A stretch of 64,000 nt of DNA from an uncultured Chloroflexia bacterium (GTDB lineage Bacteria; Chloroflexota; Anaerolineae; CG2-30-64-16), in contig CAVZDU010000001.1 in the NCBI GenBank assembly GCA_963774265.1, forward strand, positions 1,024,001-1,088,000, in the 5' to 3' direction. The position numbers and the translations under genes are program-made. The stretch's first letter is position 1, and the number at the start of each line of letters is the position of its first letter. The notes under the pieces were generated by a model that worked only from the letters and a program-made list of their open reading frames with translations, was not told where the DNA came from and ran no database searches. Shown here one piece after another: positions 10,542-20,893 of the stretch.

Positions 10542-11489
10542 TCAGCTGAACCGGATGCGCGGATCGAGCACGGTATAGATCACATCGACGAACAGGTTGA
10601 CAGCGACGACGAGCACGGCGATCACGAGCACGACGCCTTGCACGACGGGGTAATCCCGGGCGAAAATGCTGTCGACGACCAGCAATCCCACGCCCGGCCA
10701 GGCAAACACCGTCTCCACCACCACGGTGCCGCCGATGAGAAAGCCGAGTTGCAGGCCGACCATGGTGACGGTGGGGATGAGTGCGTTGCGCAGCGCATGG
10801 GTCAGCAGCACGGTGCGCTCCCGCAGGCCCTTACCGCGGGCCGTACGCACATAGTCCTTGCCGAGTTCCTCCAGCAGGCTGGAACGGGCCAGGCGCGTCG
10901 TGGTTCCGGCCAGCGACCAGCCTAGCGTGATGGCCGGCAAGATCAAATGACGGAGGGAACCTAGGAAGTCTTCCGCAGGCGAGATATAGCCGATCGACGG
11001 CAGCCAGCCGAGCCACACGGCGAAGACGAGCACGAAAAGGATGCCGGACCAGAAAGCGGGAAGCGAGATGCCAACAATCGCGAAGACCATGGCGCTGACG
11101 TCGGCCCATGAGTTGCGGCGGACGGCAGCGACGATGCCGAGCGGAATGGCGATCAGCAAGGAAAGAATGAGCGCCGCGAACGAAAGGAAGAGAGTGGCCG
11201 GAAGACGCTGACCTATGAGCTGGAGAACGGGGATGCCGGCGCGATAGGAGTTGCCCAGGTCTCCGCGCACTGCCCGCCACAGCCACTTGCCGTACTGGAC
11301 CACGATGGGTTGGTCGAGCCCGAGTTCTTGACTCAAAGCGGCACGCCGAATCTCGTCCATCCCCTCGCTCCCATACATCACGTCGATGGGATCGCCCGGA
11401 ACCATCCGGATCAGCCCGAAGACAATCACGGACATCAGGAGAAGGATGGGCAGGAGTGTGAAGGCCCGGCGAGCCAGATAGGCGAACAT
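10542..11489 (-). CDS. ABC transporter permease, DppB/OppB type
   Basis: VPGDP, GDLGNS, DYVRTARGKGL, HALRNAL, ETVFAWPGVG, DPRIR. Confidence 0.95.
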   Translation of the reverse strand: MFAYLARRAFTLLPILLLMSVIVFGLIRMVPGDPIDVMYGSEGMDEIRRAALSQELGLDQPIVVQYGKWLWRAVRGDLGNSYRAGIPVLQLIGQRLPATLFLSFAALILSLLIAIPLGIVAAVRRNSWADVSAMVFAIVGISLPAFWSGILFVLVFAVWLGWLPSIGYISPAEDFLGSLRHLILPAITLGWSLAGTTTRLARSSLLEELGKDYVRTARGKGLRERTVLLTHALRNALIPTVTMVGLQLGFLIGGTVVVETVFAWPGVGLLVVDSIFARDYPVVQGVVLVIAVLVVAVNLFVDVIYTVLDPRIRFS

Positions 11490-11609
11490 GGCAGTGTCTC
11501 TCACGTCGCAGGATGGAGATATTGCAGGCCAGTCGTCAGTCGAATGGTGTTATTATAGCCCCTTTGGGCGTCGAAACGCAAAGACGATGCAGGGGCCAAC
11601 CCGTGTGAG

Positions 11610-12360
11610 CTATGAGCTGACCCTGATGGTCGGATAGGGAAGGGTTAGCTCGGCCAAACGGTCAGGGCCCAGATCGAGCGCGGCATCGTGAATGTCGCGT
11701 GCGGCCGTAGCCAGTTCAAGCACGTGCACCCCCTGGCACACCTCAGGCAGGCCGCGTAAGCGCGGCAGGCCGCGGCGGAACAACTTGATCGCGCCAGGGT
11801 AGTTGTTGTTCTTCAGATGGCGGAACGCCACGCCTACCTGGAGGATGCCCTGGTAGAGGTCGCGCACCTCGCGCGTCTCGGCCATCCACAGCGCCTCCAA
11901 GGTTTCGTGACACTCCCAATACTCGCCCCGGTTGAACTGCTCGATTCCGTGCAGCAGCCCTGGGGATAGCGGCTCATTCCACCCCGGCACGAAGCGCGTC
12001 GGTGGATTCAACGTGTCCTTGAGCAGGCGCGGGAGCTCGTCCACGAAGCGCGAACGCGCCCGAAACGTGATCGCAGCCGGCCTTACGCGCCGCAGTCAGC
12101 GTCGCGGTGTCCACGTGCGGACCATAGGCGACGATCGGGATGGTGCGCGTCTGGGGGAGGGCTTTGGCCCGCCGGACGGGTTCTTCCCAGCCGGGTGCGG
12201 TAAGATCGATGAGGACCAGCTCTGGCCAGCGTTCGAAGGCATCCCACAACGCGGAGCCTGAATCAACGAGGTGAGGACGTGCCCCGGCCGCGCTGATCGC
12301 TGACTCGATGCGCGTGGCGAAAGGGAGATCGACGACTAACGCCGCGACCGTTGGCGTCAT
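11610..12360 (-). CDS. Receiver-like domain fused to DUF309 domain (frameshift near 12060)
   Basis: MTPTVAALVVDLPF...LVLIDL...IPIVAYGPHVD...AGCDHV continues after a 1-bp shift as ARSRFVDELP...QFNRGEYWECHETLE...YQGILQVGVA (DUF309 pattern). Confidence 0.75.
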
Positions 12361-13019
12361 TCGCCCGTCTTCCGGCGAATCCGATACGCGCACATGCGAT
12401 CTCCCCCCAGCATGTGGTGTTCGCGCGTCACCTCGGCATCGGCCAGCACAGCTTGAAGGAAAGTGAGCTCGGACCCGCAGGCGGCGCGGAACTCCTGCGC
12501 CACATCCTGCACGGCGCAGTTGTGTTCGCTCAACTCGAAGGTGTTCGCGTCGATCTGCTCCCACTCTGCCAGGTATCCCTCTTCGTGCAGGATATCGGCA
12601 AGGCCTGCCACGCGGTCGGCTAACTCCTTGCCGTCCAACCGAGTTCGCGCCTGGCGGATGCGACGTTGCGCGCGCAGATCGAAAAGCTGGATCACCTGTT
12701 GGTCGTCTTCGGCTGCCAGATAGCCCAGCAATTCGTTTGCCAGGGCCGCGTAGTTCTTTGGGAAGAGGTTTTTTGCCTCGTCGCTGAGCCGGTAGACGTA
12801 CGATGGCCGGCCCTTGCCGCGTTGAACCAGCTCATAACGGACCAGGCGGTCGCGTTCGAGCATGGTCAAGTGGCGGCGCACGCCCATGCTGGTGATCTCC
12901 AGCATATCGGCCAGCTCGGATGCAGTCAGCCCTCCGCGCTGTTTCAACGCCAGTATGATTTTTCGCCGGGTAGGCTGGAGCTGATCGCTTACGGTCTGGT
13001 TCAGCTCGTTTTCGGCCAT
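12357..13019 (-). CDS. SufR-like helix-turn-helix transcriptional regulator
   Basis: wHTH (TASELADMLEITSMGVRRHL...GKGRP) and C-terminal HNC...C...C cysteine triad; its stop overlaps the next start (ATGA). Confidence 0.85.
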   Translation of the reverse strand: MAENELNQTVSDQLQPTRRKIILALKQRGGLTASELADMLEITSMGVRRHLTMLERDRLVRYELVQRGKGRPSYVYRLSDEAKNLFPKNYAALANELLGYLAAEDDQQVIQLFDLRAQRRIRQARTRLDGKELADRVAGLADILHEEGYLAEWEQIDANTFELSEHNCAVQDVAQEFRAACGSELTFLQAVLADAEVTREHHMLGGDRMCAYRIRRKTGE

Positions 13020-13122
13020 GTGCATCTCCAAGTGAATACTCAGCTAAGCGTCATCGTACCAGAAAGGCGCCTTGAATGCAACTTGTGCGCCTTTATAAGT
13101 TATATTGTTGATAATAAACGGT

Positions 13123-13151
13123 TTGACGGACTACCCGTCGCGGGGTACACT
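13123..13151 (+). promoter_or_regulatory. sigma70-type promoter
   Basis: TTGACG-17 bp-TACACT, 42 bp upstream of the ATG at 13194. Confidence 0.65.
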
Positions 13152-13193
13152 TAGAGGCCCATCGGTCTTCTGTTCACAGTTCAAGGAAGGCGC

Positions 13194-13883
13194 ATGAGCA
13201 CCAGCAATGGCGAAATAATCGCCTTGATCCCGGCCTATAATGAAGCGCGCTATATCAGCGATGTGGTCGCACGGACTCTGAAGCACATCCCTGCGGTGGT
13301 TGTGGATGATGGTTCATCCGACGGCACGGGCGCCGCGGCCGCGCTTGCAGGCGCTAAGGTCCTTGCTCACGGAAAGAATCAAGGCAAGGGCAAGGCGCTG
13401 CTCACCGGTTTCGACTACGCGGTCAACCGCGGCGTCGATGCTGCGATCACCCTAGACGCAGACGGCCAGCACGACCCGGATGAGATCCCCCTCTTCATCG
13501 AGGCGTTTCAGGCGGGCAAGGGCGACATCATCATCGGGCAGCGGCAATACAGCCAGATGCCCACCAAGAGCCGCTTCGGCAACCGGTTCGGCTCGTTCCT
13601 GCTCAGGTTCGCCATGGGGCGGCCGATTCCCGACAATCAGAGCGGGTATCGGCTGTTTAGCCGGAGGGCAATGCAGGAGGTTAGGCCGACGAGCACGCGT
13701 TTCGAGGCAGAGGTGGAGATGCTGCTGCGCGCAGACTTCGCAGGCCTCACGGTAGGCTGGGTCCCGATCCAGACCATCTACAACGACAAGAAGAGCCATT
13801 TCCGGCCGTTGCAGGATAGCGCCTTGTTTATCAAGATGGCATGGCGGATCTGGCGTGCGCGGGTGCGGGGGAGCTTCTACTGA
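13194..13883 (+). CDS. Glycosyltransferase family 2 (polyprenol-phosphate sugar synthase-like)
   Basis: IPAYNE, VDDGSSDGT, NQGKG, LDADGQH, DNQSGYR. Confidence 0.92.
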   Translation: MSTSNGEIIALIPAYNEARYISDVVARTLKHIPAVVVDDGSSDGTGAAAALAGAKVLAHGKNQGKGKALLTGFDYAVNRGVDAAITLDADGQHDPDEIPLFIEAFQAGKGDIIIGQRQYSQMPTKSRFGNRFGSFLLRFAMGRPIPDNQSGYRLFSRRAMQEVRPTSTRFEAEVEMLLRADFAGLTVGWVPIQTIYNDKKSHFRPLQDSALFIKMAWRIWRARVRGSFY

Positions 13884-14179
13884 TGACCAGGCTGCTCGGG
13901 ATCCTCATCCTGACCGCCGGCGTGGTCTTGCCGATGGCAATGGTCGGTTGGCTGGCGTTTCGCATGAACAGGAAGCCGCCTCTGGCATCGGGCAAGGCGG
14001 GTTTGATCCTTGCTTTCAACGGGGTCCTGCCCGTTGGCCTGGTGCTGCTGGGCCTGGGGCTGATGGCGCCGGCCTTCTGGACACTGACCTGGGTGCGCGC
14101 GGCCGCTTACGCTGCGCTGGGAGCCGCGGGGTTGATCCTGCTCGTGTTGATCTTCCCTGTGGGGAAGCGGAGCTCCTGA
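13883..14179 (+). CDS. Small membrane protein (3 TM), hypothetical
   Basis: ATG overlaps the upstream TGA, three hydrophobic segments, and the stop abuts the next ATG. Confidence 0.7.
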   Translation: MTRLLGILILTAGVVLPMAMVGWLAFRMNRKPPLASGKAGLILAFNGVLPVGLVLLGLGLMAPAFWTLTWVRAAAYAALGAAGLILLVLIFPVGKRSS

Positions 14180-14713
14180 ATGGGTGAGGAATTAGCTGGT
14201 TGCGTGTTTGAAGTCGTGGGCTGGGGATGGGTCAGCCTGGTGGCATCGGAGCGCGGGGTGCGCTGCCTGATCCTGCCGCGTAAGACGCGAGAAGAGGCAT
14301 TGGCGGCGCTTCGCGAGCACTCCCCGGAAACACCCCTGGTCGAGCATCATCCTCTGTTGGACGAAGCGCAACGGCAGGTGATGGCCTACCTCGCAGGGGA
14401 GCTGCGCGAGTTCACCGTACCGGTTGACCTGCGGGGTCACACGTCGTTTGCGCTCTCGGTCTGGTCCGTTTCGACGAAGATCGGGTATGGCGAAACGCGC
14501 GCCTATCGCTGGATCGCTGAACAGATAAGGGGAGGCGGCGCGGGCATTTACCAGGCTGTCGGCTCCGCGCTGGGGGCCAACCCCGTGCCGCTCATCATCC
14601 CATGCCACCGGGTGGTTGGGTCAGACGGGTCGCTCCACGGCTACGCGGGCGGGCTGGACATGAAGGCGCGGCTGTTGGCGCTGGAGAGCGGGCAGGGGTT
14701 CCTGGCGATCTGA
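14180..14713 (+). CDS. ogt: Methylated-DNA--protein-cysteine methyltransferase
   Basis: AVGSALGANPVPLIIPCHRVV active-site motif; GYAGGL..K..LL.LE. Confidence 0.95.
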   Translation: MGEELAGCVFEVVGWGWVSLVASERGVRCLILPRKTREEALAALREHSPETPLVEHHPLLDEAQRQVMAYLAGELREFTVPVDLRGHTSFALSVWSVSTKIGYGETRAYRWIAEQIRGGGAGIYQAVGSALGANPVPLIIPCHRVVGSDGSLHGYAGGLDMKARLLALESGQGFLAI

Positions 14714-14714
14714 C

Positions 14715-15620
14715 ATGCGGATTGCAGTCCTCGGCGATATTCACGGGAATCTTTACGGACTCCAGGCGGTGCTCGCCGACCTGCGCGGTGAGCGACCTGA
14801 CGCGCTGATCGTCTCCGGTGATCTGATCTACAAGTTTCCCTGGAGTGCGGAGGTTGTCGATCTGCTGGCCGGCCTGCCGTGCCAGTGTATCCTGGGCAAT
14901 GCCGAGCTCTACGTACTGCTGTGGGACACCGAGTTGTGGCCGGTGCACTGGCAGGAGCCCCTGATGATCGAACTGGTGCGATGGGAACGCGAGCGGCTGG
15001 GGGCGGCGCGCCTGCGCTGGCTGTCCGCACTGCCAGAATACGTCGCACTGAGCGCGGGCCGGGTGGAGGACGTGATGATCGTCCATGGTGTGCCCGGCAA
15101 CCCGTTCCTGCCGTTCCTGGCGCGGCCCGGCGACGACCGGTCACCGTGGGTGCAGACCGACGAACGCGTGCGGGGTTTGCTCGGCAGCACGGATGCCGAC
15201 ATCATTGTGTGTGGACACACGCACTCGGTGATGCAGCGGCGGGTCCGGCGTGCTGACGGCGGCGAGACCCTGATTGTCAGCCCGGGCACGGTCAGCTATG
15301 GCAGGGGCCGCGAGAAAGAGACCGGCCGCGCGGACTATGCCTTGCTCGACTGGGGCCAGGCCCCCGGGTGGCAGGTGACCGTCCGCTCAGTCTACTACGA
15401 CATACCGCCCCTCCATCAGGGCCTGCTCTCCCTGCTTGGCGATTTCCCGGTGGCCGGGGCCATGGCGAACCGGCTGCGCCCGCAGGGCGTCGATCCCACA
15501 CCTGACCGCAGCCCCGATTTCATACGCTGGCGCTGGGGCGACGCACCCGACTGGTGGGAGCGTCGCGACGAGCTGCCGGCATGGCATGCATTGCGCGGGG
15601 AACATGACTCGCAAGAATGA
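14715..15620 (+). CDS. Metallophosphoesterase family protein
   Basis: DIHGN, GDL, GNAE, HG and CGHTH metal-binding motifs. Confidence 0.9.
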   Translation: MRIAVLGDIHGNLYGLQAVLADLRGERPDALIVSGDLIYKFPWSAEVVDLLAGLPCQCILGNAELYVLLWDTELWPVHWQEPLMIELVRWERERLGAARLRWLSALPEYVALSAGRVEDVMIVHGVPGNPFLPFLARPGDDRSPWVQTDERVRGLLGSTDADIIVCGHTHSVMQRRVRRADGGETLIVSPGTVSYGRGREKETGRADYALLDWGQAPGWQVTVRSVYYDIPPLHQGLLSLLGDFPVAGAMANRLRPQGVDPTPDRSPDFIRWRWGDAPDWWERRDELPAWHALRGEHDSQE

Positions 15621-15740
15621 ACCGGTATATCCTGCGCCGGCTGGTGGCCATTCCCGCAGGAAGGCTGACTATATGCGATTGGAGAGTGGTAGAATCCACT
15701 CCTGATTCGTTCAGTTGGGTGCAAAAGCGGAGGGAAAACC

Positions 15741-16256
15741 ATGAGCGATTTGCGGATTGTGGCGGAACTGATGGCTGTGGCGGCGCGGACCGCGCCCAAG
15801 ACGAAGGGCGAGGATTGCGTGGTCATCAAGATCATCGATGGTGCGGATCTGCAGACCCTGGCCCAGCAGATGCTCCTTTTCGGCCAGCGCACCGGCAAGA
15901 GGAACTTCGACCGGGACGGCAAGAATGTCGCGGCCTCGGACTCGGTGCTACTGGTGGGCATCAAGGATGGGCCGGTGGCCGGGCTAAATTGCGGCGCATG
16001 TGGCGTCGAAATTTGCGAGCTGTTGCCCGTTAATTCAGTAGAGGGCGAGTTCAGGGGGCCAAATTGCGCGTATCGGCTGCTGGACATGGGCATCGCCCTC
16101 GGCTCGGCAGCGAAGACGGCCGGGCTGCTCAACGCGGACAGCCGCATCATGTACCGGGTCGGAGCGGTGGCGCGCGAGATAGGATTCATCGATGCGGACT
16201 TCGTGATGGGCATCCCAATCTCGGCCACCGGCAAGAGTATCTATTTCGACCGGTAG
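15741..16256 (+). CDS. DUF2148-type ferredoxin-like protein
   Basis: AARTAPKTKG, LNCGACG..C, GPNC, DMGIALGSA, DSRIMYRVG, GKSIYFDR. Confidence 0.85.
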   Translation: MSDLRIVAELMAVAARTAPKTKGEDCVVIKIIDGADLQTLAQQMLLFGQRTGKRNFDRDGKNVAASDSVLLVGIKDGPVAGLNCGACGVEICELLPVNSVEGEFRGPNCAYRLLDMGIALGSAAKTAGLLNADSRIMYRVGAVAREIGFIDADFVMGIPISATGKSIYFDR

Positions 16257-16353
16257 GCCGTTTGTACCTTATGCAAAGTGTGTGCTAGAATGCCCGCCGC
16301 AACCGATTCACGCGATCGCCCGCCATCATGTGTCGTAGGGGAGACCTCGTCTT

Positions 16354-17260
16354 ATGGATGCCAACATCCAGGAATTCCTCAACCATCTCGAGACCGAGAA
16401 GGGCAGCTCAAACAACACGGTAGCCGCCTATCGGAATGACTTGACGCAGTTCTTTGACTTCGTGTCGGAGGACGGACGTCTGCACGACGGCGCCTGGGAA
16501 GAGCTGCGCCGCGACGACCTCATCAATTACATCCTGTGGCTCAAGGAGCGCGAATACGCTTCCGCCACGGTTGCGCGCAAGGTTGCAGCCATGAAGTCGT
16601 TCTGCGGCTTTCTGGTCCGCTCGGGTGCGGTCGAGGATAACCCTGCGGAGGAGCTGGACTCGCCCAAGGTGAAGAAGCAACTGCCGACGACGCTTACTCC
16701 CAACGAGGTGGAGAAACTCCTGGCCATGCCGGCGCAGGGGGCGAATACACCTAAGGCCCTGCGCGACACTGCGCTTCTGGAGATGCTTTACGCCACCGGG
16801 ATGCGGGTGAGCGAGGTGGCCGGGCTGACTCTGGATGACCTGGATTTGCGTGCTGGCACGGTGCGCTGCGTGGGCAAGGGCGACAAGGAGCGGGTGATGC
16901 CCCTCTACGCTGAGGCCTGCCGTGCAGTTGGCGAATACCTGGAAAAGGGGCGGCCCGCGCTGGCCGGACACGGCACCGATGATGCGGACCCTGTTCCTCA
17001 ATCCGCGGGGTGAGAAGTTGACGCGGCAGGGGCTGTGGTTGATCATCAAGGCGTATGCGCGGCAGCTTGGGCTGGAAGATCGGGTGACTCCCCACACCCT
17101 GCGTCACTCTTTCGCCACGCACATGCTGAACGGTGGCGCCGGGCTGCGCGAAGTGCAAAGACTGCTGGGCCACGCAAACATCTCCACCACCCAGGTTTAC
17201 ACCCACGTCACGCGTGAGCGGCTGCGCGAGGTGTATGACGGCGCACACCCGCGTGCATAA
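16354..17260 (+). CDS. xerD: Tyrosine recombinase XerD (frameshift near 16980)
   Basis: [32 protein letters not shown], then [39 protein letters not shown] in the second frame. Confidence 0.93.
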
Positions 17261-17263
17261 TAA

Positions 17264-17288
17264 ACCAGGTTTCCCGCGGAAACCTGGT
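17264..17288. repeat. Intergenic palindrome (REP-like)
   Basis: ACCAGGTTTCC-CGC-GGAAACCTGGT, a perfect 11-bp stem; the outer stem matches the hairpin at 46567-46596. Confidence 0.7.
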
Positions 17289-17312
17289 CTGTGTCCAATG
17301 GATGGGGAGCTT

Positions 17313-18165
17313 ATGGATCACGAAGTCTTCACCGCGCGAGCAGTACCTGCAGATTGCTGATTACCTGCGCACACAAACGGCGCACAGGCCCACTGTCGGG
17401 TTGATCCTGGGCTCAGGGCTTAACGCGCTGGCCGACGAGATGGCCGAAGCGGATCGCATCCCTTATGCCGATATCCCTGGCTTCGTCGCGACCACCGTAC
17501 AGGGCCACTCGGGCCGGCTCGTTTTCGGGAACCTTGCGGGGCACGAAGTAGTCATGATGCAGGGGCGCGTGCACGCATACGAGGGGCTCTCGATGCAGCG
17601 CGTCACGCTGCCAGTACGCGTCATGGCCCAGCTCGGGGTGCGCACGCTGATCGTCACCAACGCAGCCGGCGGGGTGAATCCGGCGTTCAAAGCGGGTGAT
17701 CTGATGCTCATCACCGATCATATTGGCCTGATGATCATGGTCGGCGGGAATCCGCTTTGGGGGCCGAACGACGACTCGCTCGGGCCGCGCTTTTTGGCCA
17801 TGAACAACGCGTATGACAGGCAATTGCGCAAGCTGGCGCTGGCCGTCGCGGCCGAACACGGTATTGCCCTCCAGCAAGGCGTATACGCCGGATTAGGCGG
17901 GCCGACATTCGAGACGCCTGCGGAGATCCGTTTCTTAGGGATGATCGGCGCTGACGCGTGCGGCATGTCGACCGTGCCGGAGGTGATCGTCGCGCGGCAT
18001 ATGGGTTTGAAGGTGTTGGGCTTCAGCGGAATCAGCAACGCGACGATTTCGGATTCTGATTCCGAAGAAGAGGCCAATCACGAAGAGGTCCTTGCGGCAG
18101 GCCGGGAAATGACGCCGAAGCTGATGACCCTGATCCGCGGAGTATTGGAGAGGTTGCCGAATTAG
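17313..18165 (+). CDS. punA: Purine-nucleoside phosphorylase (probable 1-bp shift near 17335)
   Basis: LILGSGL, QGRVHAYEG, TNAAGG, GPTFETPAE, GMSTVPE. GGGGAG RBS before ATG 17313 (MDHEVFT-REQYL). Confidence 0.93.
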
Positions 18166-18173
18166 CGGCAGAC

Positions 18174-18917
18174 ATGGCCGTTGTCATTGATCTGATACGG
18201 GAGTTTTCCCCCTGGATTTACGGTGCGTGCGCGGTCGCTGCGCTATGGTATCTGCGCGTGGTGCTTCTGGCGCGCAGCGAACGGCGATATGCCGTCTTCG
18301 CTCTGGAGCGCGAGCAGGCATTTAACCGGGTGTACGGCGCGTGGGGCGCGGCCATCACCATCGCCATCATCATGGGTGCGATCTATCTGCTCAGCACGGT
18401 CGTGTTCAAGGCCGTTGAGCCGCAACTGATTGCGGATCAATCGACTCCTACACCGGTTATCGTGATGGCGGCCATTGGTACGCTCTCGGCGACGCCTACT
18501 CTGCCCGTACCTGATGTCACCCCGACGTTCACGGCCACCAAACGTCCCTTGCCGACCGCTCGTCCTTCGCCCACGCCCGGCACGGCCGCGCCTACGGAGC
18601 CGGCGGTACGGAGACCGCAGTGCCCAGCGGCCGGGGCCGTGATCACCCAGCCCGGCATCGGGCAGGCTTTCTCCGGTCCGGTGGCGATCATCGGCACAGC
18701 GACGCACGAAAACTTCGCTTACTATAAGCTGGAATACGGCGCAGGAGCCAACCCTGCGGTATGGTCATACTTTGACGGCGGCGAGGCGCCGGTGGTGAAT
18801 GGCCGGTTGGGTACGCTCAACGTCCTGCCACCGGGCACATACAGTATTCGGATCGTTGTGGTGGACGCAAGCGGTAACTTCCCGACGCCGTGTCAAACGA
18901 CGATCGATTTCCGATAA
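18174..18917 (+). CDS. Membrane-anchored protein with Pro/Thr-rich linker and C-terminal Ig-like beta domain
   Basis: Two N-terminal TM segments, TPTP-rich linker, then a Cys-flanked domain with IIGTA...NFAYYKLEYG. Confidence 0.75.
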   Translation: MAVVIDLIREFSPWIYGACAVAALWYLRVVLLARSERRYAVFALEREQAFNRVYGAWGAAITIAIIMGAIYLLSTVVFKAVEPQLIADQSTPTPVIVMAAIGTLSATPTLPVPDVTPTFTATKRPLPTARPSPTPGTAAPTEPAVRRPQCPAAGAVITQPGIGQAFSGPVAIIGTATHENFAYYKLEYGAGANPAVWSYFDGGEAPVVNGRLGTLNVLPPGTYSIRIVVVDASGNFPTPCQTTIDFR

Positions 18918-18927
18918 AGACAGGCTG

Positions 18928-19833
18928 ATGACACCTGATTTGAACCTGATGGAAACGGCCCGCCGCCTGGCGGGTCGTGCGCGTGATGGTTGGTTGCGCT
19001 TGACGGCGCCGGTAGTGGCGTGGCGCGAGCAGGCGGAAGGTGGTCGCGAAGAAGTCCATGTGGCCGACCTCCATGCGGTGGAGCCGGTGCGCCGATGGCG
19101 GGCTGCGGAGGCTCTGCGCCGCAATCCCCTGGGCAACCCGGAGGCGGTTGCCGCACTGGTGCAGGCCTTGACAGACGACGAGGAATTCGTCCGCTGGCAA
19201 GCTGTCGAAGCGCTGGCGGCTCAAGAGCCGGGACGGGTATTTGTTGCGCTGGAAAAAGCGCTGGCAGACGCGAATCCCCTCTGCCGCGCTGGGGCTGCTG
19301 ACGCGCTGGGCACGCTGGGCGGTGAGTCCGCGGTGGCTGCGCTGAAGAAGCGGATCAATGACCCGGCGCCTGCGGTGCGTGTGGCTGTTGCTGGGGCGCT
19401 CAGCCAGATTGCCGACCCGACGACGGCAGAGACGTTGCTGCCCTTGCTGGGTGACCCTCAACCTGAAGTGGTGCGCGCTGCCGCGCGTGCGTTGGGGCAA
19501 GTTGGCAACACCATCGCCGCCTGCCCGATGGCTGCCCTTCTGGTGCAGCCAGGACAGGATCTCCTGGTGCGCCGCGCGCTGGCCGCAGGGCTGGCGCACA
19601 TCCCGCACCCCGACGCGCAGGCGCCCCTGCTGCTGGCGCTGAGCGACGGTGATCCGCAGGTGCGCGCATACGCTGCCAAGGCGCTGGGCCAGGTTGGGAA
19701 CGAAGAGTCGCAGGGCGCGCTGCAGGCGCTGCTGGCGGACAAAAGCCGGCTGATCCGCGGGACGGTGAGTGACCGCGCGAAGCAGGCGCTCGAGCTGCTG
19801 GAGCGCCGTGGACGCCGGCAAAACCCATCGTGA
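18928..19833 (+). CDS. HEAT/PBS-lyase repeat protein
   Basis: Repeated LxDxxxxVRxxAAxALGx units. Confidence 0.88.
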   Translation: MTPDLNLMETARRLAGRARDGWLRLTAPVVAWREQAEGGREEVHVADLHAVEPVRRWRAAEALRRNPLGNPEAVAALVQALTDDEEFVRWQAVEALAAQEPGRVFVALEKALADANPLCRAGAADALGTLGGESAVAALKKRINDPAPAVRVAVAGALSQIADPTTAETLLPLLGDPQPEVVRAAARALGQVGNTIAACPMAALLVQPGQDLLVRRALAAGLAHIPHPDAQAPLLLALSDGDPQVRAYAAKALGQVGNEESQGALQALLADKSRLIRGTVSDRAKQALELLERRGRRQNPS

Positions 19834-19866
19834 AGATTTAAGTCGTCACATGTGTATGGAGCCAAC

Positions 19867-20815
19867 ATGACCACACCATCGCATTCCCCGACATTGTCTG
19901 TCGTGGCGCCGGTCTTCAATGAAGAAGCGATCCTGCATGAGTTGTACCGCCGCCTGCAGGCAGTGCTCGACGGCGCTGGCCTGTCATGGGAGCTGGTGCT
20001 GGTCAACGACGGCAGCCGCGACCGCTCGCCGGCAGATCATGCGCGAGCTGCACGACCAGGACCCGCGCGTGAAGGTGGTGGACTTCGCGCGCAACTTCGG
20101 GCATCAGATCGCCATCACCGCCGGCGCCGGATTACGCCCAGGGCGACGCCGTGGTCATCATCGACGCCGACCTGCAGGACCCGCCGGAGGTGATCCTCGA
20201 CCTGCTGGCCAAGTGGCGTGAGGGCTACGAGGTGGTCTATGCCGTGCGCGCCGAGCGCAAGGGCGAGACCTGGTTCAAGGAGTTCACGGCCAAGGCGTTC
20301 TACCGGATCATCTACCAGATCACCGACATCAACATCCCGATGGACACCGGCGATTTCCGGCTGATGGATCGCAAGGTGGTGGACGCGCTGAAGACGATGC
20401 GCGAGAAGCACCGCTTCATGCGCGGGATGTCGGTGTGGGTGGGTTTCCGGCAGACCGGGCGTCCAGTACGTGCGGGCCGAGCGCTATGCGGGCGAGACGA
20501 AGTATCCGCTGAAGAAGATGCTCAAGTTCGCCCTGGACGGCATCACTTCGTTCTCGTATTTGCCGCTGCAACTGGCGACCTACATCGGCTTCATTGCCGC
20601 CGGCCTGGCGGTCGCTGGGCATCATCGTCACGATCATCCTGCGCCTCTCCGGCAGCCAGGCGTTCTACGGCCAGGCCACGACCCTGGTCAGCGTGCTCTT
20701 CCTGGGCGGGGTGCAGTTGATCTGCCTGGGCATCATCGGCGAGTATCTGGGACGCATCTACGACGAGGTGAAGGGCCGGCCGCTCTACATCGTGCGCGAG
20801 GCGCTTGGGGTTTGA
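19867..20815 (+). CDS. GtrB-like family 2 glycosyltransferase (several frameshifts)
   Basis: [50 protein letters not shown] and [19 protein letters not shown] are spread over different frames. Confidence 0.9.
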
Positions 20816-20893
20816 CGAGAAGCGTGAGCGAGAGCGGTGGCGGTGCGATAGAGGCGTCGTAGTTCTCCGTTTGCTTCGTTTGTACGATCGTCC

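Noticed and set aside
16354-17260. Tyrosine recombinase as the integrase of a mobile element
   Set aside because: It has XerD-type motifs (LTRQG, C-terminal HPRA) and the housekeeping xerD-punA context; no att sites or cargo were seen.
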